Assembly (NCBI RefSeq): GCF_036321535.1
Contig: NC_087437.1
Coordinates: forward strand, 36,396,001-36,460,000
DNA from: Camelus dromedarius
Taxonomy: Eukaryota
DNA length: 64,000 bases
Reading direction: 5' to 3'
Shown here: positions 26,715 to 40,414 of the stretch, piece after piece
Numbering within the stretch: the stretch's first letter is position 1
Layout: each line of letters opens with the position of its first letter
Translations under genes and position numbers: made by a program
Notes under the pieces: model-generated
Told to the model about the DNA's origin: nothing
The model's database searches: none
The model's input: the letters and a program-made list of their open reading frames with translations, nothing else

Positions 26715-27820
26715 ATTATTGATCTTCTGTACAACATGGTGCCGATAGTGAACAATATGGTATGGTGCACTTCACAATTTAAGAGGGTATATCGCGAGAA
26801 TGTTAAGTGTTCTTACTACACATATGTATGCATGCACACACACACAAAGGACACAAGGAAAATCTGGGAGGTTTTGGATATGTCTGTTACATTAATTATG
26901 GTGATGGTCTCATGGATGCTCATGGATAGATGAATGAATAAATAAAATGTGGAATATATATACAATGGAATATTACTTAGCCATAAAAAAGAATGACATC
27001 TTTCCATTTAGGACAATATGGGTGGAACTTGAGGATATTATGGTAAGTTAAGTAAGTCAGATAAAGAAAGACAAATGTCATATGACTGTACCTCTATGTC
27101 AATCTAAAAAAACAAAACAAACAACAAAACAGAAACAGAGTCACAGATACACTGAACAAACAGGTGGTTGTGATAAGGGAGGGGGTTGATGGGATTAGTA
27201 AAATAGATGACAGAAATTAAGAGCCCAAAATTCTAGTTACAAAATAAATTAGTCATGGAGATAAAATGTACAGCATGGGGAATATAGTTGATAATGTAAT
27301 ATCTTTGTGTGATGAGAGGTTGTAATTTTAACTAGACTTCTTGTGGTGATCACTATATAATGGATGAAAAGAGTGAATCACTATGTTATACATATATACT
27401 GGGATCTAATATAGTACTATATAATACAGTACAGTAATATAGTACTGTTGGTTAATTTTACATCAATAAAACAAACAATCTCATAGAAAAAGGTACCAGA
27501 TTTGTGGTTACCAGAGGTGGGGATTGTGGGAAGAAGAATTGGATGAAGGTGATTAAAAGGTACGGACATCTAGTTATAAGATATATAAAAACTAGGGATG
27601 TAATATGCAACATGATTAATATAACTAACAGTGCTGTATGTTATATATGAAAGTTGTAAAGTGAGTAAATTCTACAAGTTTATCACAAAGAAAGAAATTT
27701 TCTTGAATTTTTATCTATATAAGATGATAGATATTTACTAAACTTAATGTGGTAATTGTTTCGTAATGTATGTAAGTTAAATCATTATACTGTACACCTT
27801 AAACTTATAAAGGGCTGTAT
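26715..27820 (+). mobile_element. Stacked L1 3' ends: L1MB-like (~26715-26918) followed by L1MA9-like (~26920-27820)
   Basis: gatcttctgtacaacatggtg...; aatggaatattacttagccataaaaaagaatga; agatttgtggttaccagagg...aaaaggtacggacatctagttataag. Confidence 0.8.
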
Positions 27821-27829
27821 CTTAGCTGA

Positions 27830-30800
27830 AGTTTTGTAATCCATTCTGACAATCTTTGTCCCATAACTACAAGTTTTAGTCCTTTATTTCAATCATCTTA
27901 ATACATACTTTCCTCTCCCAGTTTAAGTATGAATGGTTTCTAACACTCTAGTAAATTCATATAGACATAAAAATTTCTTCCTGGAGAGATATTTTTACTA
28001 TTGATGTACCAACTTTAATTATTAAAAGACTACTAACTATTCGACTTCTGTTTGAGCTCATTCTGGCAAATTACATTATTTCCTAAGAATAGGAAAGTAT
28101 TCATAAACACGTCATATTTATTTTCCTGGTTTTCTTTTAATCTCTCATTATTTTTTCATTGTCTGTAATAGCTTTGATATTTTTTCTCTCTAATTTCTAT
28201 TAGTTATTTGTGTTTCTTGCCCTCTTTTTCTTGTGATAAAGCTTTCATTTTTTTTTTTTTGCTTTAAAAATCAGGTTCTAGTTTTCTTAAGCTTGCACAA
28301 TGTATATATGTTTATTATAATTATTTTTGTTTTAAAATTTATTAATTCTTTGATTTTTTTATTTTCCTTTTATTGCTAATGTTTTTCTTTCTGCAGATAA
28401 TCAATTACTAGATTATTTTTATAGGTACTTAAGCTGCATCCAACATATTATAATATGTTTAATATAACACCACATAGTTAAAAATATATCACACTATTAT
28501 TAGTTAGAATATCCTAGTTTCTATTACTATTTATTGATCCATGTGTTATTAAAATTATTTCTTAAATTTCCAAAAATATGAGGTATTTCTAGTGATTTTT
28601 TTGTTATGATATGTAGTTATTTGCATTTGGATTAGGGGATTTCTTTATGTTAGTTCAGTCCTTTAAAAGTTTAGAAACTAAAGTTAAATATTGTTAAGGC
28701 AAATATTATTTTTGCTTATGAAGAATCTAATTGTTCCAAAGAGATTAGTGTTATTTACATGGTCATTAAGCTGATTTCTTTTATTATATTCTTAAAATCT
28801 TTTATATCATTACAGATCTAAGATACCTCTTTCTGTCTATCTCTTTTTCTTCGTCTCTCTCTCTTCATGATGAAGCAACAATTTCTGGTAATCTGTTTTG
28901 TTTGATATGAACATAACTTTCTCAATATTTTTTGTTTTTGTTTGAATTTGAAAGGTATAACTTTTAATTTTACCTATCCTTATAATGTACTTATAATGAT
29001 GCATCTTTTATAATGGACCATAATTGCATTCTTCCCCAATTCAGTTTGACAATTCTTGTCTTGTAATTAGATCATTTAATATAATGATACTTATCTTAGG
29101 AATTCAATTTATTATTCAATTTTGTGTCTTCTATTTTTTCTGCTTGTTTTATATATGTTTTTCTTTCCTTTTTTGCCTTATTCTGCATTTATTTTCTTAT
29201 TACAGACCTTGTTTTCCTATTACTATTTTGGAAATTACATCCACTTTTAAATATTTTATGGCTCTCAGTGAAATTACATTATTAATTATATTCTCTAAAT
29301 CTAAAATTAATAAAACCCTAGCTTTGCATGTGAATATAAACATCTCAGCACAGTTTAATTAGCTTCCCTTCCTAAACCATGCACATTATTGTTTTATTCA
29401 TGAGTGTTTAAATTAATTATGACTTTTCTTACAGTCCATGCTTCTGAGACCAAACATTTGAGAAAATTTTAATTCTGCCTGAAGTACTCTAAATACTTTA
29501 ATAGTGTGTATTCATGTTGAATTCTCTCAATTTTGTTTTCCTTTTTCTCTTCTTCCTTCTTTTCCTCTGCTCCTCCATTCTCATGCTCATTCTCGTTCCT
29601 ATTCTTCTATTTGTACAAAATTTGTCTTTATTTAAAAAAATATTTTGTCTAGATATAGTAGTCATTTTGCTTTTTTAAATTAATGTCATTCTACATTCTT
29701 CTGTCACTATTACTGTTAATAATTTAGCTGTACACATAATTGCCAATCTTTTAAAGGTAATCTATCTTTTCTCCCACAACTGAGTACTTTAAAATTTTTC
29801 TCCTGTTTGTTTGTTTCCTGCAGTTTCATTGTAATGTTTTCAAGTTACTCTGTTTTATATTAATTTGAATTTAGATCTTTTATCATGTAAAAATATCAGC
29901 CAATATATCTACAAATCTTGCTGCTCACTAGTACGTTGTTTCATCTTGTGATTTTAATTTATCTTATAAGTGTATTTTTCTATCTTTTATATTTCTTGCT
30001 GTCTCTTTTTCATCTTTCCCCTAGTTTCTCCTTACTATATTCCAGATTAATATTTAATCTTCTGTTTCACTAATACTTTCTTTAGCTGTGTCTAATCTCA
30101 TATTAAACAGTTAAACCAAGTTTATAATTGTTATGTATGCTTTATTTCTAGAGATAGTCCAGATATATGTGAAATTGTTGATAGTTTCTTATTCCTTCAA
30201 AACATGCATTTCACATTTAGACTTTATTCTGTAAGCATAGTAAGTCTAATTGTTTTATAGTCTATGTTGAATGATATCAGAAGTATTACAGATATGTTTA
30301 TTTTTGTGATGGTGCATTTTAACTTACACCCTTATGTCAGGTTATGTTTGACAAAATACTAGTTATTATGAAATATTTTAAAGAAATAATATGAGACCTA
30401 GCATGTATATAATTTCATTCAGAGAATATTTGATTTTGTTCCTTTTAGACAGTTAGGGTTATTTGAATTATAAACTTTAAGGTAGCATGGGCCATCCTGC
30501 CGGTGAGAATGTGTGTGGAAAATTCCTCAAAACACCTGTTTTGCATTTGGTCTATTGCTGGGTTTTTAGAACTTTGTCTTCTCATTTCAGTTATGAAGGG
30601 GTGTGCTTTATTATATTTCCGTATCTTCAAAGGTTCTATACTTTGTTTTCTAATCTCCTTGCATTGATGAAGCTATTAAAATGAATTTAAAGTTGTCAAG
30701 AATAGCAAATTCATTGAATACAAAAGTAGTAAATGCTTCATTCAAATCTCTGTATTTATTTTCCTTTCATTATTGGCTAAATATTCCCTTAATATCATGT

Positions 30801-30905
30801 TGTCTTCTTAATATGTTAAAAAATTAAATAAATGTTTTTAAGTATTTTTACATTTCATTAGAGTGGTTTTTTCCTGAATAACATAGCTCACTATTGCTGG
30901 AAATC
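27830..30905 (-). mobile_element. Very old L1ME-like remnant (ORF2 5' part, ORF1, 5' region)
   Basis: Long T-rich block; ccattctgacaatctttgtc, ttttaaaggtaatctatctttt, cagccaatatatctacaaat, tagctgtgtctaatct. Confidence 0.6.
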
Positions 30906-31094
30906 AGAAATTTCATAACTTCTTTATTCTGTCCTCTTCCTCCCTTTTTTTATATTTAATGCTTTCAATAATCTTGTTAAGAATTAATATTTCATTTGAA
31001 ATGTCTCCATTTTGGGGAGAATCAATTTATTTTCTCATATAAAAGGACTTACTTGATTTCTCAGATTGAACATCTTCTAAAATATGCATATATA

Positions 31095-31587
31095 CATTAG
31101 AATTAGATTTGGTTTCTTACGTCTGAAAACCTCAAATTTCAGTGTCAAAAACCACATAAAGATTTATTTTCTCTTAAGTAATAAAAAAGGCCAGAAATGT
31201 GATGATGCTGAGGATATTAAGACATGGGCTTTTTTTTTGGATGCTATAAATAATATCACAGAACATTTATTCATTTCTGGGTATAAAGTTTCTGGAGTTC
31301 CTGCATCATTTAGGCTTATTAAAAATATGGCATAAAAACATGGGGATAGAAAAATGGCAGTATTAGTTTCTATTCTTATATCCTTCATGGAATTTCATTC
31401 CATAAACACTGGCTTGAACTTAGTCACCTAGTCATATGGTCATATGGCCTGTGACAATTGTGAGAGATGTTAAGAAGCGTAGTCATTACCTGGGTTCAGT
31501 GTAACCCTCAATAATATAGGTCTTCTTTTAAAAAAGTGGAAAGGAGGCCTGGAGGTTGGATAGGCGACTGCTAATCTCTGCTACCAA
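31095..31587 (-). mobile_element. Old MaLR LTR (MLT1I-L-like)
   Basis: taaagatttattttctct near the left end; ttggataggcgactgctaatctctgctacca at the right end. Confidence 0.55.
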
Positions 31588-32384
31588 TAGTCTAATGAAA
31601 AGTTTTTGCTTTCACTAAATTGATCTCAGGTATGGTGAAAAGACTTCACCACTTTGAAATATATTATTTATTAATAGTTTTTTATATAAGATATTGAGAA
31701 CTATTATTTATAAGAATATTTTCTTGAATAATTAGAGACACCTATCAAGTCAGTATTTGTTGTGAGTAAAGTTCACATTACTGAGCACATTCATGCACTT
31801 GACAATTACAGATTAAAGAATTGCAACGATAGAAATGTTTAAGACTAGAATCTTATAATCATTCAGGTTTTTCACCAAACCTGCTCCAATTTCAAATGAC
31901 CTGTCTTGGCAGGTGATGAGTAAAATTTCATTAGCAACAAGTCAAATGCTTCACCTCTGCATTATTCTGATCTGAACTCTCTCTTTTCCATTAATGATAA
32001 CATTTCCAAAATGCATCATGGAGTCCTGACAATTTAAAAGGCATTATGTGAGAAAACATCATTCTGCAACTGATTGTTTCCTTGACTGTGGTGACTTTCT
32101 CATCAGTGAGGTAATGGTCTGAGTCACCAAAGAAGTTGTTCTTCCTGTTTGCATCATTTATACTTACTTAAGAAAAAAAATCGATGAGACTCAGAAATAT
32201 CCTAAAAGTAATATCTGTCTCTTCAACTCCTCTTTATTTGTCTTTGATCTAGTAATGCATCTTAATTGAATATTAAGTGAAGTATAAAAAAATCCACTCA
32301 GTAATTGCAATTCAGAGAAAATAATAAAGCATTCTGGCAGAACTGATCTAACATTTTGATGAAGTCATTAAAAAAATCTTTTAT

Positions 32385-33538
32385 CTTTATTTTTTCTCTC
32401 AGTTTTATTGAGATATAATTGGTGTATAACATCTTATAAATTTAAGGTGTACAATATAATGATTTGATATATGTATTTATTGCAAAGTCATTACTACAGT
32501 TTGTTTAGTTAACATCACCACCTCACATATTTACAAATTTTTTTCTCTTATAATGGGAACTTTTAAGATCTATTATCCTTGCAACTTTAAAATATACAGT
32601 TAATTATTATGAACTCTCATCACCATACTGTATATTCATTCACAGAACTTACTTATCTCATAACTGGAAGTTTGTAACTTTTGAACACCTTCACTCATTT
32701 TCCCTACCCCCCAACCCCTTGCCTCTAATAATCACCAATCTGTTCTCTTTCTATGAGTTTGTATTTTTTATATTCCACGTATAAGTGTCATATGGTATTT
32801 GTCTTTTTCCATCTGACTTATTTCACTTTGCAAAATGCCCTCAAGGTTATCCATGTTGTCACCAATGGCAGAGTTTCCTTCTTGTTTTTTATGGCTGAAT
32901 AATATTCCTCTGTGTGTGTGTGTGACATTTTGTTTATCCATCAGTGGACATTTACATTGTTTCCATGTCTTGACTGTTGTAAATAATGCTGCAGTGAACG
33001 TGGGAATACAGATATCTTTTCAACATAGTGATTTCATTTCCTATGGATATATACTTAGAAGTAGAATTGCTGGATCATATGGTAGTTCTATATCTAATTT
33101 TTTTGAGGAGCCTCCATATTGTTGTCCATATGGCTGCACTAATTTACATTCCCACCAACATTGCCCAAGGATTCCTTTTTTTCCCACATTCTCACCAACA
33201 CTTGCTATCTCTTGTCTTTTTGATGATAACAATTCTAAAATGTGTGAGGTAGTACCTCATTGTGGTCTTGATTTGCATATTCCTGATGATTAGTGATGTT
33301 GAGCACCTTTTCATTTTCCTGTTGGCCATTTGAATGTCTTCTTTATAAAAAAGTCTATTCAGATCCTTTGCCCATTTTAAAATTGGCTTATTTGTGTGCT
33401 TGTTTGTTTTTGCTGTTGAACTGTGTTTCTCTTCTATTTTGAATATTAATCCCTTATCAGATATGTGTTTTGCAGATATTTTCTCCCATTTCATAGGTTG
33501 CTTTTTCATTTTTTTAATCATTTCTTTTACTGTGCAGA
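32385..33538 (-). mobile_element. L1MA9-like 3' end (ORF2 C-terminus + 3'UTR)
   Basis: Minus-strand ORFs give KWAKDLNR...[12 protein letters not shown] and CWWECKLVQP...ELPYDPAILLLSIYP. Confidence 0.92.
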
Positions 33539-34883
33539 GAATTCATGTTTTCTATTTGGGGCATGTTAAAATTCCCCTGGAATAAAAGCTATAATCCAAG
33601 ATGGGTGATTGCAATTTCTAAGTCTCACAAACTGGAAATATGCTTTCAGTTATTGACATCTCATTGAGAAATTAAAATGAAATAATTTAACAACAAAAGA
33701 CATTAGGAAATATCCAAACTTGAGTAAATGAGATTAGACCAGTACTAGAGAAGATAGTAATGCTACTTTTGGGGGAGACTAAATCAGAACCATAGGTATG
33801 TATTCAAGAAACCACAAGAGATGAGAAAGCAGTGAGATAGCTCTGAAACAGTTTGATTACTGTATTAATTTTCAATTAACAATCCGTGAATGTGTACCTT
33901 GTTTTGGATTTGTGATCTTCAAGGAAATAGTGGAAGATAGCACATGTTTGATTCAAAGCACCTGGATAGCTCTGGATTATTTTTTCAAAAAATATGTTGT
34001 TCCTTTGAATTTAATAGGTCCACAGTGGGGTCTGGTTATTCTGGTAACTGCTATACCTCATCTCTCTCTGGTTTTATTTGCTTTATCAAGGAGACTCTTT
34101 CAAAAAAGATAAATTAAAGAAAACCTTTTGCAACTTTAGCTTTTGTCTTGAGTGAAGTATTTATTTCCAGTGATAATTCCTGTCTAACTATGAATTCTAC
34201 CCAGAAAGCATGTAGTCTCTGTATCTGACCTCAGTGAATCTAAGTCATTCTGTAACTGCTTAAGTTGACCAGGCATTATGAACTCCACTAATATCCAGGC
34301 TTTGCAATGTCTCTATGTGTAATATCCCAGTTTAGTGGAATGAACAAAGTGAACATCAAAAATATTATGTAACTTGATCATGGTCACATGGCTGGTAGTT
34401 GTCAGACTCTGGACTTGAACATAGTCTGAATGGTTCTAGAGTTCATACAGCTATATGAGATTTAGAAATGTAAAGTAATTTAGTGCTCAAATATCATTTA
34501 CCTTAATTATCATTATAATAATTATGGTTGAAACCCATTTATATATTATAACAGGATGAGGGAGGAAACAGAGAAGGAAAAGGAGGGTGAAAGAAAGTCC
34601 ATTATAGTTAAACATAATTTTATTGTTTGACCTAGTCTTCATAACACCTAAATTGATAGATTGCTTATCTTATAATATAAGACTTGGCACCAGGTGATAG
34701 CTTCAAAGGATAAAAAAATCAAAGGACAAAAAAGGTTAAATATGTGGGAAATCACCCCATAGGCATGCACAGTGATCTCGAAAAAAGTCTCAAAATGATT
34801 GAAATAATAGCTTCTTGATGTGCTTTGAACTGTGTCACACCTCACCACATGTTACTGAAAGAATAAACACTGTTTTTAAACCA

Positions 34884-35512
34884 TTTTTTCATTGACGTAG
34901 AGTTAATTTACAATGTTGTGTTCATTTCATGTGTACAGCAAATAGATTCAGTTACATATATATGTATTCATATATATGTTCTTTTTAAGGTTCTTTTTCA
35001 TTTTAGATTATTACATATAGTTCCATTGTGCTGTAGAGTAGGTCTTTGTTTATCTATTTTATATATAGTAGTGTGTGTATGTTAATCTCAAACTCCTGAT
35101 TTATTTCTTTCCCACCCCCCACTATCCCCTTTGGTAACCATAACTTTTTTTCCATGTCTATGAGTCTTTTTCTGTTTTGTAAATAAGTTCATTTGTATCA
35201 TATTTTTTTAGATTGCACATATAAGTGACATCATATGATATTTGTCTTTGTCTGTCTGACTTACTTCACTTAGAATGATGATCTCCAGGTCCATCCATGT
35301 TGCTGCAAATGGCATTATTTCTTTTTCTTTTTTTTTAATGGCTGCGTAACATTCCATTGTATATATAGCAAATCTTTATCCATTTATCTGTTGGACATTT
35401 AGGTTACTTTCATGTCTTGGCTATTATAAATAGTGCTGCTATGAACATAGGGGTGTATGTCTTTTTGAATTAGAATTTTCTCTGGATATATGCCCAGGAG
35501 TGGAATTGCACA
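34884..35512 (-). mobile_element. Cetartiodactyl-type L1 3' end
   Basis: attgacgtagagttaatttacaatgttgtg...ccaggtccatccatgttgctgcaaatggc...atatgcccaggagtggaattgc. Confidence 0.9.
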
Positions 35513-35659
35513 TATTGTTTAAAGATATCTTTTTTGGAAACATTGTAATTATTATTCATTTTTTGTAATGTTAATACTTAGATCTACTCTGTATTTTAAT
35601 GGATATATATTATACACAGTATATGAAATTTATGTATACAATTTATGTATGTATATATT

Positions 35660-35830
35660 TCTCACTTCATCTTTAAAATGGATCTCATAATTGTACTTAA
35701 CACAAAGCTTACTATAATGAAAAACTGAGTAAATATATATGAAAAAAACATAAAAAGAGCATAGCACATAGAGTCTACTTAAATAGTGGGTAGTATCATT
35801 ATAATGATGATGATAATGACATTATTAGGT
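35660..35830 (+). mobile_element. MIR 3' half
   Basis: cttcatctttaaaatgga...agcatagcacatagagtctacttaaatagtgggtagtatcattat. Confidence 0.6.
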
Positions 35831-37879
35831 ATGTATTAGCAGCAAACTGGTGGTAACAATGTGGAGAATAGTTTGAAATGGGTAAATGTTGATTCAGGGA
35901 GAAAAATTAGGAGGTACTGCAGCAATCCAAATACACATTATTCAAATAAAATTAGGGACTTCTGGGAAGTAGTGGATGCCAGAGTTGATATCAAGGTAGA
36001 CGTTAGAGGCAGAATGTGGTAGAGAGTATCATCTGAGAACTGTTTAGGGTAGAAGAGTATTGATGGATAAACTAGGAAAGAGAACTTTTGGTATAATCTG
36101 GTGTGGTGTGTTTCATAGTATGTTTGTAGTTTTTGTGGGACCTGGGGAAGAAACTGCTAATCCCAGCCAAGAAGATGAGCTGCACATGGTAGGGTTTGGT
36201 AAAAATGTTGCAATTAATTTGATCAGTTGGGTATCTACGGCACTCAGTTTCATGCTGTCTGATGATATTTAAGACCTGAAGGCACCCTATGCTGGTAAGG
36301 AAAAATGTCTAACATCTAATTAACCTATTGTCTTTTTTGTTCTTTGGTTAGATTGAATTAATTTTGTAGTTACAATACCAAAGGATGTCAGTCTTAACAG
36401 AAAGACAAAATGAAATTTCAGTCACAGCATCTCATTCCTCACAACCTTTAAATGGCTCACCTTTTGCTTTCCTAATTTTTTTTTTCCAGCTTGCTTTTCA
36501 GTGGTGTAATTTACAGCACACTACTCTCTCCTTGCACATTTAAATTTACACAGTGTAGTCAGTTATACTTGATTGATTGCCTGTGCTTGTTTATGCCTGC
36601 TTCTCTCAATAATTATAACACACAGCCTTGTCCTCCTTGCTACGTGGTCTTATTTATATATTTTTCTTTACTCTTTGAAATTATATGTTATTTGATAACA
36701 AAGAAAAGTATAAAGAGATAGATATAGATTTTAAAAACTTAAGACTTTTCAACTGTTTAAATATGACAATGAATATTATTAATAGTATTTAATCTCTATG
36801 TATACAGTTCATGGTTTTCTTTCCTTATGCATATACACAGCATGTTGAAGCCAATCTGACTAAAGTCATGTTGATAACTTTGCCCTTGCAGTATTCAGAA
36901 TACAACTTTATCCATAGATGATATTCACCATATATTTTTGAGTTAAATATAAGACTATCCAGGCAAAAGAGAATAGTAGTAGTTTAAAAAAAGAAAACTG
37001 TCTTTTAAGCTAAAAAATAAGTATGTGTATTTTTGCTTTCTGAGTTTAAGTATTTTATACAACATATTATATACTGACTTTTAAATGTTAGTAGAGAATT
37101 TAGGAATAACACCTCAGTGACAATGAGATAAAAGTACTTAAGCAACTGATGGAAATAATTCCACCATTTTCGTTTTAAGTTTTAAACCACATTGTGCTCT
37201 AAAAATGAGGAGATAAGAATATTAAGCATTATAAATGAGATTATTAGAAAAAGTAAATTTGGGGAATGAAAAAAAGAGGGAATGGGAGAGAACTTTCTAA
37301 AAATTACTCTGTATAATGAAGTCTTACACCACCTTACTCAACTTATGTACTTTTGTCTAATGGTGAGGACATGATGATTAATAAATGTAGGATAGAATTC
37401 ACCAATTAAGATGGACTGGTCTTCTTAGGACCAGTAACCACTAGTGTCCTTAGAACCAGTAACCTCAGGAAAGCTCAATATTATATAAACATTCCTGTGT
37501 TGGGATATCCCTGAAGTTGCTGGCCCTGTTTTTTGTTGGTTTGGTTGTTATTTGAGACATGGCACTCCTTCCATTTCTACAAAGTCCATATTATTATTTT
37601 TTTTTCTTTTCTTTTCTTTTCTTTCTTCCCCTCCTCCCCCCGGGTTGTTCTTTATTTACAGGGCATAACCACTGGAAAGAGAGAAAGGAGGAGCATGTAG
37701 TTATTATAATAGTCTCACCTCCCACAATGCATGGAGGTACTTTTCTTTTTGTTTTAGTTTTAAGTAGTAATTTATAATGCCACAGCAATATTAATTAAGA
37801 ATAATGAAATCAGTTTAAGGGAATAGAGAATAATCACATATTATCATTCATTACAAAAACAGTCCCAAACTACTGTACC

Positions 37880-39500
37880 AGATTTCTTCATATTGAGACC
37901 ATTGTTTTATTTCTTTAAAAATTTTCTTAATATCTTTATAAAATGAATACATTTATACAGATTGAAATATATCAAATAGTTCTGCAATTTTATAATAATA
38001 ATAATCATAAAAACTGTGGTTTGGCTTTTATCTTCAGTCCTAAGATAAATTGGCTTATAACAATTTTAAGCTGGGTAATTTCTTCTGATATTTTTGGCTG
38101 CATAATGTGGTATAGTATGTTCATATAATAGTATCTATTGATTTTTTTTCAATGGAATTTAAAAAATTTTACTAACCTACCCTCACTTACCTTTCTTCAC
38201 TTTCCTAATAGTGATATAACAGATTATTATTTTAATTAGCATTACTTTTCATTCTGAAAACAAAATGATAAACCAAATTTTTATCATTTGTATTAAATTT
38301 TTACCTTTTTCGTATTTCATGGACTTATTGGTCACCTTCTTAATTTTTACACTTTATTATTAATTTTTCAAGTGCTCAGTAGACCTGTGAAATGCCTACT
38401 GACGTTTCCAATCTTAACACACATAAGAAAATCTCTAAATTCTATTTTATTTTTCCTGTGACCTCCCACACATCCAGGTCTTCACCATTCTTCTCAGTTC
38501 TCTATTGATTGCTGTCTAGACATGGCGTGTAATTCTAATGTTGTAACATCTCTTCCCCACCACTTGTTATTTTGAGAAATTTTAACTCTTCAAATAAAAA
38601 TCAATAATTCCCTATCATCCTTTTTCTGATTTCATCTTACCACAATCTTTTCATGAACTTTAGGCCTGCTAGATTATTTATTTTATTGAATTTTCTTATA
38701 TTTCCTTTGTTAAAATTTTACATTATTTATTATCTCTTCTCCCCTTTGTGTATTTTCATTATTTCACATTCTAGTTCTCATACTGAATTTTTGAATTTCC
38801 TGTTTTTTAAAATAGTCATCTTACTTTTATGTTATTTCCATTTCATAGTGACTGGATCTTTTTTTTTTCTTCTTCTTTTTTCGGATACAAAGATTCCTTT
38901 ATATTTCTCTTGTAGGTTCTGTGAGATGAAAATGTGGTATGGTTCATTATCTTGTTTAAGCAAAAATATTATTATGCACAAATGAGACACAGGATTAACA
39001 TTTTATCCTTTAGAGGAGAAAACTGGCAAACACTAGATAGAATTTGAAGGATAACACTGAAGAACATGCGCACATACTTGTGCTCTTTCTTGACTTATTA
39101 GGACTAAGGAAGATTTCTGGGCATATCGAACGGCTCAGGTGCAATCTGAAAATATATTTTGCCTCTCGGAAAGTATACTGTCTGCCAGCAGGTAGAGTGA
39201 AGTCAGGAAGAATCACTTGACATACTTTTTAGAGTGTCAGAATATGTGGACCTTGATTTAAATTGACTGCTCATATTTTCATACGGTTCCAAAGTTTAAT
39301 AGTCTACTTAGAAATATGAACATTTAATTACTCCTTAATCTTTTAAGCTCATCACTTACTCTGTGCTGGCAAATTTGAATGAACACTTTTAATGATTTTT
39401 GATTAATAATTAGCCTCAGTTTTAAACTTAGGTAAATAAATACCTTCAAGCATTTAAAAATTGCATTTGTTGTTTTAATGGTGTTGATTTAGTTTTTAAG
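37880..39500 (-). mobile_element. Very old L1ME-like remnant
   Basis: T-rich; tttggctgcataatgtggtatagtatg is L1 3'-antisense-like; otherwise highly decayed. Confidence 0.4.
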
Positions 39501-39784
39501 AACTTCAGTGATTGGACTGACAATTTCCAAGTGTGTAAAACTTTAATTATGTCAAATAATTTAAGTTTATAAATACAGGAATTAATTTTCTAATCCTGTA
39601 TATAAGCCTAGTAGAATGGTGACTTAAATGTACTTGTGCTCTTTTACAATTGAATTTTAAATTGGGATTGTCAGACTTAAAATAATAGCCCGTAATTGCT
39701 GAATCTTTACACATGCGTTTTCAAATTGGTAAGATTTCTTTACAAATATATTAATACTATGTATATGCTTTGTTTCTTTTAAAT

Positions 39785-40414
39785 ATTTTCCTGTGGTGGT
39801 GTGAAAGTTCAGTCTCCATTCTCTGGTCCTTGCTGGTAGCTTTCTGTAGAAAGTGGAGCACTGATGTTCACCATGTGCTAGGGGAGAGAAGGTTGTCAGC
39901 TTTCCCCAAGCACTGCTAACAGCAGGTGGGGAAACTTCTGGCATCAGCATAGAGGGAAGGCGAAGCTGATTGCCAATAGCATCACCCAATTCCTCCTCAT
40001 TGACTCCAGGTAGGGGTGGAGGCTTAACTCCCTACGGAGCATCATCAACACCAAGAAAAGGGAGACGTCAAATACCAGTTAAACCTCATCTCCACCTTGC
40101 TTGCTCAATCTTTTTGATTCTGAATGAGGGTGGAGGCTTAATACTCTGCTGAGCCCTGCTGACAGTGTGGAGAGAAGGGGAGATGAGGTCCAGGTACCCT
40201 GCCACCCACTGCCTGGTTCATTCTTTTTCCTGACATATGTGTGCGGAGGTCCAGCTCCCTACTCTACTGATACAGAGGGAACAGTGGAGTGAAGTGCTAA
40301 CCCCAACTGACACCATCTTATTGAATCTTGTTGCTACTGTTCCCTGCTGACTTTGGCACTACCCAGACTTGTAAATCAGAGCACTGCTTGGTTTGATCAA
40401 AAGGGGATGGAAGA
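39785..40414 (-). mobile_element. Old L1MC/L1MD-type 5' region, left half (split by young L1)
   Basis: GC-richer block with repeated ctgctgac/cagctccc motifs typical of antisense L1MC 5' ends; reads on into 43729. Confidence 0.6.

Noticed and set aside
27115..27820. Apparent tandem duplication of an L1 3'UTR block
   Set aside because: As I recall, the two-block 3'UTR is a standard feature of L1MA9-like laurasiatherian L1s rather than a local event.
37424..37465. 16-bp near-direct repeat cttag(g/a)accagtaacc; similar short duplications near 44551-44583 and 53928-53951
   Set aside because: Two-copy slippage-type duplications, not an array and not CRISPR-like.
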